A DNA stretch of 63,574 nt, filler included, from Folioceros fuciformis (Eukaryota), in assembly GCA_049999805.1 (NCBI GenBank). It is 4 parts of 3 records of this genome, joined end to end, with 100 filler letters (N's around TTAATTAATTAA, not from the genome) between each part and the next. Parts side by side here need not be neighbours in the genome. Positions count along the whole stretch, not along the records: positions 27,016 to 41,909 come from JBNGIO010005930.1; positions 42,010 to 61,547 come from JBNGIO010005930.1; 2 more parts are not named here. One strand, 5' to 3'. Position 1 is the first letter of the stretch. Every line of letters begins with the position of its first letter. The notes under the pieces were generated by a model, which saw only the letters and a program-made list of their open reading frames with translations, did no database searches and was not told the origin of the DNA. This document shows positions 35,822 through 46,925 of the stretch, piece after piece. The position numbers were made by a program, and so were the translations under genes.

Positions 35822-37245
35822 TTATCTCCCTGTCCACCGTGTCATCCCTCCCGCTGATGACGCGGCCGCACGATGAGGGAGTTCCTTTAGGGTGTATGGC
35901 TCAGTTTTCTCTGCGTCAAGGATGCCCAACGCGACGCCCGCCACGTGACAGTTCTGCAGCAAGGCCGTCGTGAGAGAGGACTGATTGTCTACCACTGCCA
36001 GCTTTCCCCTCATTCGCTTGGCGAATCTGCGAAGGAGCCGCTCGTTCTCCACGCTGGCCCGGCTCCTGATACTGCTCTTCTTGGGCATCCTGAGGATCAC
36101 CACATCCACCGTGGCGCCCTGCTGCTTCATGATATTGGACAAGTTGGCCAGTTCCGCTTCGCTGGTGCTGTTGAACGGGGGTCTCAAGGATGTCTCCCCA
36201 TCCGTGATGAGGTGAAGTCGCTTGTTCTTGCCATGGCCTCCAAGAGCCATTTCCCTCACGATCATGTCCATGCCCACCACCAAGGCACTCACATCTGGGG
36301 ACACGGACTCAAGGATGGCCACACTTCGATGGTGTAATGCGTACATGAGTTGCACGGCATGACTTCACCTCATGAGAGACACCACAGACAGCAAAGGATA
36401 CAGTCACTGTCTCCGAAGCCCGGAGTAACCTGATCCAGTGTGTCTGACAGGTCCTGGTTGACAAGGAGGAGTGGACGAGACACTAGCACATTGTTGTATC
36501 CCCCCATCTCCTTGTTCAAAGTGTTGCCAGTCTCTGCAAAGCACCACTGTCACCAGCCACTTTCTTTCAAGCAGAAAACCGGCAGGCTCTGGTACGGCTT
36601 CCCACTTGGAGCACTAGAAGATATACCATGAACAAACATTGTTTTGTCCACACACACGTGACATTCCAGTGGTGCACAGGTGAGAGGGGAGGGGGTTGGA
36701 GGATTTCCTTTTCCTTACCGCTGGCCCCAAACAGCACCAAGCCCAGGTCGTCTGCCTTGTGGAAAAGCATCTGCAGTGGAAGTATAGTATTCTACATGGC
36801 ATGAGAGAAAGTTGGGACGAAACACACCCCACCGTCAAAAAGCGAAAGCTGGGACCGCACACAGCATATCGAGGAGATCCACAGAACATGAGAGAGAGAA
36901 AGAGAGAGATAAGTGAAACGAGTAGCACCTTCATCCGCGCCAGCGAAGATAGAGCCTCGATAACAGTCTGGAGGTAAGGGTGCATTGAGCGGCTGACATC
37001 CAAGAGCACCACCATGGTTTCCTGCGGCCAGCAATGATTTTCCAGCCTATCACTCTCTGGCAGTGGCCGGTGTAGCCGGTGCAGGCAGCCAGAAAAACCT
37101 CATTGCTTGGCGGATCTTCCAACAGCAACGACATGCTGGCATACTCCTTGCGCTTCTCGTGCACCTTCTTGCCCACGCCTTGGAGCAGGCTGCTGGGCTT
37201 GGCAGACTGCCTAGGCCTGGGCGACGCCGCCCGCCCTCCACCCAT
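35822..37245 (-). CDS. Stand-alone Ku80-type vWA-domain protein (truncated Ku80 paralogue)
   Basis: Spliced ORF: ETMVVLLDVSRSMHPYL..LSSLARMK|MLFHKADDLGLVLFGAS|ETGNTLNKEMGGYNNV..GDSD|YVSALVVGMDM..NKRLHLITDGETSLRPP... ending at TAA 35822. Three introns match the Ku80 gene at 53048 in position and phase. The first exon and start are less certain. Confidence 0.8.
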
Positions 37246-38129
37246 GTCGCCCTCCTCGTGTGCCACAATTGAACCCTAAAGGCCTTCATGCTGCAAGCTT
37301 TCAGCAAGCGAGCGGCAAAGTTGCGGGCAAGTGCCCGTGCCCACCAACCATGCCGCATCCCATCTCCCATGTTCCGCACAGTCCGCACCCAACAGCGAGG
37401 TCCATCACCGCTCCATGACAAACAACGCCGTCACGCCTTCGCGCATTCCGACCCTTGCCACAGGGCTGGCAACGCAAACAAAAATTTCTAGTTACAAACC
37501 GGAAACCAAGGACCATCTATTATGCCTCTTTTTTTCATGATAACCACATTATACTCAATTGGTGCCCAAGCTCATCTACAGTTATTATAAATATAAATAT
37601 TTTATCAAGCTTTTTGATATTTTATCAAGCTTGTGTAGAAAGATAGTATGACTAGGACCATTATAATGGATAGTTTGGCATAATACATATAATTACGTAC
37701 GTCCATGTATATATAATTATGTACGTCCATGTCTATAAATATTCTCCCTTGATAAAGAGGATATATTTTCATCCCCTTTGCTCTGGTTGGGCATGGGTTG
37801 GCTTGCGTCTAAATCTCTGAAGCAATAAATTCATCGGACGGTCTGACGTCCTATGTGGCATGGCATGCACCATGTCCTGGTCACTATCTCTCTCTATCAC
37901 CATGTATAGCCCGCTTGCTTACAACCTAGGTTTCACCATAAATATTTAGGTGGCATAACTTTGAGTATAACCCGCTTGGTGGGTTGAACTGTGCGGTGTT
38001 TACAACCATGTGCNNNNNNNNNNNNNNNNNNNNNNNNNNNNNNNNNNNNNNNNNNNNNNNNNNNNNNNNNNNNNNNNNNNNNNNNNNNNNNNNNNNNNNN
38101 NNNNNNNNNNNNNAGTTATGATTCGTAAA

Positions 38130-38625
38130 ATGACTTACTAAACTGAAATAGTAGTGTGTGAAGAGAACTTAACACCAAAGTGATGCTTGTCCTTGTCATG
38201 AACTCATGTGTAGTACCCTACCAATAATGTTCTAAGGACCACTTACACCAAAGGAATGCTTGTCATGAACTCATGTGGAGTACCCTACCAATAATGTTCT
38301 AAGGACCACTTACACCAAAGGGATGCTTGTCATGAACTCATGTGTAGTACCCCACCAATAATGTTCTAAGGATCACTTAACACCAAAGGGATGCTTGTCC
38401 TTGTCATGAACTCATGTGTAGTACTCTATTAATAATGTTCTAAGGACCACTTAACGCTTGCGTCTAAATCTCTGAAGCAATAAATGCTCCATGTCATGGT
38501 CATTGTCTCTCTCTCTATCACCGCGTACAGCCCACTTGCATACAGCCTAGGTTTCCCCATAAATAAATGATGGCATAACTTTGAGTATAACCCGCTGCAC
38601 CATGCAGTGTCTACAACCATGTGCA
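38130..38625. repeat. ~60-66-bp minisatellite (x5) followed by a diverged copy of 37801-38013
   Basis: Unit acaccaaagggatgcttgtc(cttgtc)atgaactcatgtgtagtaccctaccaataatgttctaaggaccactt. The block gcttgcgtctaaatctctgaagcaataaat...tacaaccatgtgc occurs at 37801 and at 38456. Confidence 0.85.
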
Positions 38626-38849
38626 AGTTACAAACTGAGTTAAAAACCGTGTGCGGGATCATCCCCTACAAACATGAACAAAGCAAAGCAGGAAGCTCTT
38701 GAACCTCTTACCCTAACACAAACACAAGCAAAGAGCGGTGAAGGAGCTTGCACACCATGGAGTGTCCATTGTTCATTCAACCGCCGACACTTGGGCAATT
38801 CAGTGCAAATGATCTAAGCTGGCAGGTGGTAAAGGACATGAAGGTTGCT

Positions 38850-39770
38850 TGGTGTTCAATGAGGATGTGATGGTGTTCAGCTAATGTAGTGTTAAGGCAA
38901 GCTCATTTTGTGTTCAGCCAGGGTGATGTAGTGTTTAGGCAGGCAGATCTTGTGTTCAGCTAGGTTGTTTTTGTGTCAAGGCAAGCTGATTTTGTGTTTA
39001 GCAAGGGTGATGTAGTGTTTAGACAAGTTGATGTAGTGTTCAGCTAAGCTAATTTGGTGTTCAAGCAAGCTGACTTGGTGTTCAGGCAAGCTGATTTGGT
39101 GTTTAGTCAGGATGTGATAAGTGCTCACCAGCCTCGCTTCTTTTAATTTTGTATTGTGTGTAACATGATAAGGTGTCATGAGCAGGTGTCAAGATGTTTC
39201 CCCCCACCAGCATCAGATTCTGTTTAAGAAACACCTCCCAAATCTTCAGTGCACACACTAACCACAACAACTCCCTTCCCCCCTCCCTAAGCACGCTTCT
39301 ACCAATTTGAACAGTCCTCAATCTAGCCACAACACCCCCAAACCACAGTGTGAGCACGTAATGCTGATTCTGAAATCCAAGTCCTAAATCCAAACCACTA
39401 TGTGAGCGTGTGGTTCCCCCAGCACCCCCAAAAGCACGGTGTGTGGGTGCACTGCCCACAGTAGCCCTTCCAAACAACCCTGCGAGTGTGCCTGACCTGA
39501 TCCTAAATTCCAAGTCTTAAATCCAAACCACTATGGGAGCGTGTGCTTCCCGCAACACCCCCCAAAGCACGGCGTGTGGGTGTGCTGCCCACAGCAGCCC
39601 TCCCAAACAACACTGTGAGTGTGCACTCATGCACACTCTGTTGATGTAAATTCCAAGTCCTAAATCCGAACAACTGTGTGAGCATAGGCTTCCCGCAACA
39701 CCTCCAAACCACTATGCAAGGGCGCGATGCCCACAGCAACCCTCCCAAACCAACTCGTGAGTGCGTGGGC
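38850..39770. repeat. ~21-bp degenerate array (to ~39110) and ~140-bp unit x3 (39370-39770)
   Basis: Units of gtgttcaggcaagctgatttg; aaattccaagtcctaaatccaaaccactatg...ctgcccacagcagcccttccaaacaac occurs three times. Confidence 0.8.
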
Positions 39771-40356
39771 TGCTGATCGTCACATCCAGGAGGATGCAAA
39801 TCATGAAATCCAGCTAAAGCATCCTCGTCGTTGTTGGAGGCGCTGGCCGGCTTGTGTGTGAAGCGCGTTATGCTGTTAAAATGTTGGTCGGGCTGTATGT
39901 TAACCGCGCTTTGGTGTTCAAATTGAAGTGGAAGGCAGGGCGGCATTTAAGAATATATGGACAATGCGGGCGGTGCTGGACAGCGCAGGCAATGGTGGAG
40001 AACGCACACGGTGCTGGAGGTGGAAGGCCCAGTGTTTTGCCTATGGCAAAATACAAGAGATATTTGAGAGATACGGTGAGGGATATACGGGGTGCGAAGG
40101 CAGGAGTTGCGCATGCTTAAGATGATGGACCATCTTCGAAGCATTTATTGCTTTGGAGATTGAGAAGCTTCACATGGGTTGGGGCCATGGGCAAAGACTT
40201 TTCAAAGTAGGTTTGCTCTTGTGGGNNNNNNNNNNCTCTTGTGGGGCATGGATTGGGGCCATGGGCAAAGACTTTTCAAAGTGAATTAGGGCTGTAAAAG
40301 TCCTAGCAGTAGGATTGTGCTTCTATTGCATCTAGTCTAGCGTAATCTAGATGCTA

Positions 40357-41383
40357 TGTTCACAAAGATATTTTTTGTTTTTAATTTGTCTAAAGGTATA
40401 TACAAAATGTGTCTTAAATAGTGTCTGTGGGTGTCTCATCCGAAGGGGTCCACGCATTTGTGATTACTAGATATTATTAATTACAGTCTACGGTGACTAG
40501 CTAGTCGATGGGGTTACGGGCAGATTATCCGTTCCGTAACACTCTCTCTTAAGCTGGACGTAACTGAACAGTAATGGAAGCTATCTCTCATGGAGTGCGA
40601 TGCTCCTCTTTGGTGCGCTCCCTTTGAAGGCTAATGAAAGCCTGTACAGGCCATCTTGAGGCACGACACTGAAGAGGCACAAGTCAGGACTTGTGGTCCT
40701 AAAAAAGTAGCATGACCACCTTGAAGCAAGCATCTCAAGATCGCCTTGCTTCAGCACCTGAGTCATGGAGACCAGGTTCTTGCCCATCTGTGGGACGAGG
40801 AGCACAGGCTCTAAGGTAAGCACCGAACTGCCCTCGACGGGAAATTTGCAAATGCCTTGTTCTATGATTGAAAGGCTGGATCTACTATGATCGTCATCGA
40901 GTAACACCCTTTCCTTGAGAGGACGAGTATCCACCTTAGTGAATAGAGTACGATCGTTGCATATGTGGGCGGTGGCTCCACTGTCTAGATACCACCCCTC
41001 ATCCTGATGCAACTCGGTGTTGAGGCAAACCGTAAGTATTTTTATGGTTTTTCTCTCCGCTGCGTTGGCGCTCCCTTTAATGGCAATACTGGCTGCCTGT
41101 CACAAGTCAGCCTTTTGCAGCTCTCTGGCCTCTTTCTTGCGGCACTATCGTGCCCAATGGCCGGCAGCTCCGCAGCAATTACAGTTTCTAGCTCGGCGAG
41201 GAGGGGCAGAGGGTGAGTCACCTTTAGGGGTGAAGTTCGCCTTGCCCTTCAAATTCCTCCTTGGCTTGAAATAAGTGGAGAGCGCCCTGTCTGCATGGGG
41301 CTTGGACCCTCCTGCAGAGCTAAGGTGGCTCTGCTCCTGCTGATACAGAGCACCGATAATGTCCTCCATTGTAAGGGTGGAGG
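40357..41383 (-). mobile_element. Internally deleted Ty1/copia element (gag end, zinc knuckle, protease, PPT, 3' LTR)
   Basis: CNCCGAAGHWAR knuckle (frameshifted), WYLDSGATAHICND protease and DGLYRL, followed shortly by a purine tract (aagagagag) and a 185-bp TGTT...AACA LTR at 40357-40541. No integrase or RT. Confidence 0.8.
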
Positions 41384-41909
41384 TGTGGGGTTAAAATATA
41401 GTACCCGGGGGTACCGCGAGGTCCACACAAGCCCTCTATGTCGTTGTAGCTCTGGGATTCGATCCCAAGGGAATGATTTGTGTTAAACTACACAGGTTAA
41501 CTTCTAAAGTCAGCCAACACCTAAAACTCGACTGACCCACACACACGCGTCCAGTGCTCGGACCTTACCAAGCCCCCTTACTTCTTCCTCCAGGCGACTC
41601 CCCTACCACTCGGTCGCTCCAGGGACTACCTCCCCCTGGACTACTCTTGGTTGCCCACTGGGCTACTCTCCGTTCCCCAGTGGACTACTACCGTTGTCTT
41701 TCGGGCTACCACTCGTGGGTCCTCTCTCTCTCTCTCTCTCTCTCTCTAGAAATTTCTCTCTCCGAGTCGTCCCTTTCCGACCGTTTTTTCCGTGCATTCC
41801 CTTTGCGCTTCCCTTCCTTGGTTCTCCACAAAGCCGCCCCTCACTCCTGAGGATCAAACGCACGCACACATGAACAGCAACAATCTGCCAGTCGCCTTCC
41901 ACCCGAGGG
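41384..41909. mobile_element. Probable LTR of a second element nested in the copia gag
   Basis: Gag similarity to the 61648-63164 element (STLTMEDII..L.QQE) stops abruptly at a TGTGGGG start. The following sequence is non-coding with a (CT)n tract and is cut by the linker. Confidence 0.5.
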
Positions 41910-42009
41910 NNNNNNNNNNNNNNNNNNNNNNNNNNNNNNNNNNNNNNNNNNNNTTAATTAATTAANNNNNNNNNNNNNNNNNNNNNNNNNNNNNNNNNNN
42001 NNNNNNNNN
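41910..42009. other. Artificial scaffold linker
   Basis: N44-TTAATTAATTAA-N44. Confidence 0.95.
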
Positions 42010-42939
42010 CCATACAGAGCAGCTTGCGGATCTTTGCAACATCTGCAGGTTTCAACGAAACCTGATATTAGTAAGTCAGTATCCTACGTCTGCCAACACT
42101 TTCAAGCATATGGTGAAGCTCACTGGACCGCAGTCAAGCGGATACTTCGCTACTTGAAAGGAACCCTAGAATTTGCGCTTGTGTATCGGGGCACAGGACC
42201 AGAATCAGTGCTTCCGATGGAAATCACGGCCTTCTCCGACAGCGACTGGGCCGGAGATCTTGAGAAGAGAAGGTCCACTGCAGCTTATGTATTCATGGCA
42301 GCACAAGCGGCCATTTCATGGCGAAGCAAAAAGATGCCAACGATTTGCCTATCGTCAGCCGAGGCTGAGTATGCCTCTTGTACAGAAACTGCAAAGGAAA
42401 TTACCTGCCAGCGAGGTTTCGCGGAGGGGCTGGAGATGCCATACACTAAGCCGACCAAGCTTTACTCAGATTCTCAGTAAGCGATAGCCTTGATGCAGAA
42501 TCCAGTCTTTCATAGCCACACCAAGCATGTTGAACTCAGAATTCACTTCATTCGGCAGCTCGTTGAGCGCGGCGTGGTGCAGCTACACTATGTTTCGATT
42601 GACGAAAACCAAGCAGATTTGTTGACCAAGCCCTTGTCTCAGCAGAAGCACGAGAAGCATCGCAAGGCGTTGGGGCTACAAGCAGCGTGCGCGACGAGCG
42701 AGAGGTAAGCTCGGACTGGTGCACAGCTGGAGCTATTCGAGTAAGTCGAATAACTCGAAGATTCGAAGCACAAGCTAGATTCTAAATTAAACTAGATAGC
42801 TAACAGCAGAAATAGAGGGAGTGTGAAAGCAGTTGATGCTTTATGTATTTCTTAGCTGTTAGAAATGTGAAACAATTTATTTAGCGAGTTAGTTATCCAA
42901 CGGCCAACCGCCTTCCTGTGTAATTCATTCATTCTATCA
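42010..42939 (+). mobile_element. Ty1/copia RT end, RNase H, PPT and short 3' LTR; degenerate
   Basis: YRAACGSLQHL..TKPDI, AVKRILRYLKGT, FSDSDWAGD, SSAEAEY, in-frame TAA at 42478, HSHTKHVELRIHF, NQADLLTKPL. PPT agaaatagagggag, then TGTGA at 42822. Confidence 0.88.
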
Positions 42940-42983
42940 ATAGAAGTGCGCGTTTGCATGAAAGCGCTGTCGCTCAGGGTCTA

Positions 42984-43115
42984 CAAAGGAGTGCGCCATG
43001 AGCAAAGACTTTTCAAGGTTTATGAAGGAGTGCGCCATGGGCAAGGACTTTTCAAGGTTTACAAAGGAGTGCGCCATGGGCAAGGACTTTTCAAGGTTTA
43101 TGAAGTAGTGCGCCA
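42984..43115. repeat. 39-bp tandem repeat (x~3.3)
   Basis: Units of aaggagtgcgccatgggcaaggacttttcaaggttta; the core ccatgggcaaagacttttcaa also occurs at ~40184 and ~40259. Confidence 0.85.
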
Positions 43116-43835
43116 AACGTAGGGTTGGCTTGGCATGATTGTTCCTCCAATCTTCGGAGTAGATGGGATTTTCCATCTTTTTTTCTCAATAATAAAACAT
43201 ACACTCGTATAACTACTTATATTATGGGCACAATAGTGTAAACCAAGTGGGAATGGATGAACATTTTTTTTGCAGGTAAAACAAATATGAAATTAAAAAT
43301 AGGATTAAGGTTAGTTGTCATTAAAAAAAGCTTTCAAGTTAAGCGGGAAAGCTTTGTTGGATGACATGAAATAGTTGAGATTTCAAGTTCTTGTGTGATA
43401 TCATTCGAAGCATATCCTTGGTGGATATAAGTAAAATTGATTGAGTGATGAGGTCAAACACATGAAGATATGAGATAAAGACTAGGATGGCAAAGGTTCC
43501 ATCCCATTTTTCGTCGTGCCACTTACATGTTCCGTGGAGAGGAGAGTTTAACAATTCCATGGTCAATTCTACTCCCGGAAAGGAGGAGAGAAGTAATGAG
43601 AAGAAATAATAAATTATTTTTTTCCATAATGGTACACTCTAAAATTTTGAATTCAATAATGCTACACTCTAAGTTTCTGAATTCAATAATGGTACACTCT
43701 GAACTTTTCATCCAGGGATAACATGTAGAGCAAAGCGTACATACAAAGCAAGGCACACATTGCCGTAAGATGACGGCATGTGGGTAACGTGTTCAGACAA
43801 GACAAGTAAAAAGATTTTGGATTAGAGACGACCAG

Positions 43836-46733
43836 CTAAGGGAAGCTTACAGATCGATAAGCTTTGGGGAGCAGAGTGGGAGCGGGGCAAGATGCTGGAC
43901 TACTGATGGTAGCTGTGAGGTTGCTGTTGCACACTGAAGCTCCCCGGTAGACTGTATTCTGTCCCAATGTCAACACCGAGTACTGTTGCACCAGTGCCAG
44001 AGCCTTGTACACGGATTCCAGGACTTCGTCCACAGATACTGCCAACCACAACACAGCAGAGCACAGCACAGCAGAGCACAGTGTTAGAATCTGAAAGCTC
44101 TCCAGCAGCTGCCGCTGATGGGCAGGGCACATGGCCAGTCGGAGACTGTGGTGGACGTGGATCTGAAGAGCGTGTCTGTTTGCGAACCTGTTTGCCTTTT
44201 CTTGGTGTTGGTGAGGTCCTTGGCGGTGATGGCAGCAGCACTGATGGAGGCATTGAGCGTGGACCATTGCGCTTGGGTCAAGTTCGCCAGCACCCCATCC
44301 GCGCTGGCTTGTCGGAAGGAGTAGAGAGTGGTGTTGAAGTCCTTGAACACCGACGTGCTAAGGTCCACCATGCGGTCCTCGTACGTGTCCACCTGCTTGC
44401 CTGAAATCGCCGATGGTGCGTATAAGCCCTGCGAGAAGACCGCGGCAACGCACAGGCCGATGACGAAGAGAGTCGATACCCAGGACGCAAACTGCTTCAG
44501 GAATTGGTTCCAGTTCACTCCCTTGGCCCCTTCCAGCAACCCCACGCCCACGATGGCTCCGGTGATGCACTGGCTGGAGGAAGTGGGGAGACCGTACCTG
44601 CCATGATCCCCGAAACCACAATATCATGCATGCACTGCAAGTGAAAACATCGTTGCACACCCGTCTGATCGACACCAGAATTATACAAGCAACATCATGA
44701 GACGGGAGAAGAAGAATAGCGGCGATATCGACTCACTGAGCAGCGATCATGATGACGAAGGCAGTGGCCAGCTCCGCGGAGAATCCTCTGGTCGGGGTGA
44801 GCTTGGCGAGCTTCACGCCCATGGCTCTGGTCACGTTGTAGCCGTAGGTGGCCAGACCCACGACCAAGCCCACGGCGCCCACGAGAATGATCCAAACCGG
44901 AGGTTTCACGTTCTTGCTCAGTGCCCCTTTCTTGTACACATCCCAGATGGTGGCCAGCGGACCGGCCATATACCCGACCTCCCCGGCCCCGTGCGCGAAG
45001 ATGACGCAGATAGCCGAGAACACCTGCAGGTAGCTGAATGCGTACTCCACTCGGGGCTCGAACACCTCCGCCTGCTCGTGGATGTCGTGCACCACCGCGT
45101 CCGTCTTCACCACCTTGTGGATGTCCACGTCCAGTCCGTGCGTCACCGCCCTGCTGGCCCTCTGCACCCAGCTGAGCTTCACGATTTCCGCACCACCGGC
45201 AGTTTCCGTGGCTTCCCCGACATGACTCATTTCCACATCCGGCTGCGCCTGTGTCGTCACCGCAGACCCAATCGCCTTGCCCTCATCGTCAAACACGTTG
45301 CCGGCCATCCTTCGGAGCAGGGGAAGCGCGATGAAGATGGTGAGCAAGGTGACGCCCCCGGCCACCACGGCGGAGATCCAGGCCGCCTTGCTGTCCGTCC
45401 AGTCGTCATTGGAGGATAGCGTTTTCTTCGCTCCCTGCAATTCCGAAATTCCATATCCCCCCCGTTGAGAATATACAGTGATTGCTATCCATCCTAACCA
45501 CTGTGACGCTGGTGTCTCAGGATCGCACACTCGCCAACGTACCTTGGTGAAGACGAAGTAGAGGTTGATGAAGGTCGTGATGAGCACGAATGGCGGGAGC
45601 ACCCAGAAGGAAAGAGCGTACGCGTTTTGGCGGCGGAGCACTAGGAAGCGCACCACCCAGAAGATGGCTGCGGACGCGACAGCGCTCAGGATGGGCGCGA
45701 TGAACCACGACAGCACGATGGCGATCACCCCCTTGTACGGTGGGAAGAGTGCGTCGTCCTTCTTCGCCCACACCACGGCGTTCTTACCGTCCCACACCAG
45801 TGCGAACCCGATGATTCCTCCGACTGCGCATCGACGATCATTGCAAATGCCGAGTTTGAGTTGGAGTACGGATTAAATGGTGCATCGGAATGTGCGGATG
45901 CATGCCATGCTAGTAGTGGTAAAGTCCGATTGCAGTACGTCGGAGGCGACAAGACCAGTCGTGTGGGATGCAAGCACCATTCGTGCATGGACTTACTAAT
46001 GGAGTGCGTGGAGGAGACGTTGAGGCCCCAGTACGAGGTGAGCACAAGCCAGACTGTTCCCACGCCCAAGGCGCAGACCATCCCATATGCGTACACCTCG
46101 GGGTCGCGGGAGAAGCTATTGATGTCGGCTATGCCAGATGCAATCGTGCTGGTGGATACTCGGCCCAACAACAGCGCTCCGGCGAACTCGAATACCGACG
46201 CGATCTGCAAACCAAAAAGAGCAGACGCCCACTCATGAACTGATTCACGGTTCACGACTTGACTCGAGATTCGCACCCCCGACACACACTCGAGACGACT
46301 CACACACCGTTCACGATTCATGAAGTGCGCCGTCAGCCCTAGCTAGATAGAGCACAAACGTGAGGGCGAGGCGAGGAAGAGGAATCGGAACTGCATGCGC
46401 TTGCAAGGCAGAGCCAGGGAGGAAGAAAGGGAGCCAAGGAAGTTAGGGTTTACGATCACAGCTTGGCGGAGGGTGAGAGTCTTGCTGCCGACGGAGGTGC
46501 CGAAGGCGTTGGCCACATCGTTAGCGCCTGCGGGAAGGAGGAAGCAACTGGTGAGGGAAGAAGCAACAGACGCACAAAGCATGGCTCAATCTGAAGATGA
46601 ATATGCTACAAGGAAGGAAGGAGATCAAAAAGAAGAGGAACGTGGAAGAAGAGCAACCAGTGCCCCAGCCGAATCCGAAAGCCACAATGACTCCCACCAC
46701 GACAAGCCACAGGTACTCCGGGAGCTCCGCCAT
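43836..46733 (-). CDS. PTB: PiT/PHO4-family phosphate symporter, PTB (Pho89-like) type
   Basis: GANDVANAFGTSVGS and FAHGAGEVG signatures, plus VSSTHSI, KLTPTRGFSAE and P.SSSQCITGAIVGVG. It starts directly with a TM helix (no plastid transit peptide, unlike PHT2) and has a long C-terminal extension. Multi-exon; TAG at 43836. Confidence 0.9.
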
Positions 46734-46876
46734 GACGTGATGAATCAGGAATCAGAGCAGGAGATGGAGCTAGAGCCGGAGCTGGAGCTGGAGCCGGGCC
46801 GTGGCGCAGGCTGCATCTGAGGGCGTTGAAGTCCACACCGGCCCGGTTTATGCCTCGTCCTAAGAGGATCCTGCCG

Positions 46877-46925
46877 GCATATGCTTCCCACCTCCAAATT
46901 GTTCTGGTGGGGGAAGTGGATATAC
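46877..46925. promoter_or_regulatory. Two P1BS (GNATATNC) PHR-binding sites upstream of PTB
   Basis: GCATATGC at 46877-46884 and GGATATAC at 46918-46925, ~145-190 bp upstream of the ATG. A third site, GAATATAC, lies in an intron at 45469-45476. Confidence 0.7.

Noticed and set aside
27016-37245. SBE3 plus GH63 as a carbohydrate gene cluster
   Set aside because: SBE3 is disrupted, the genes are separated by ~4 kb of mostly repeat-rich DNA, and no synthase or transporter partner is present.
38130-38455. Regular repeats that might suggest a CRISPR array
   Set aside because: The units are contiguous with no unique spacers, there are no cas genes, and the context is eukaryotic; it is a minisatellite.
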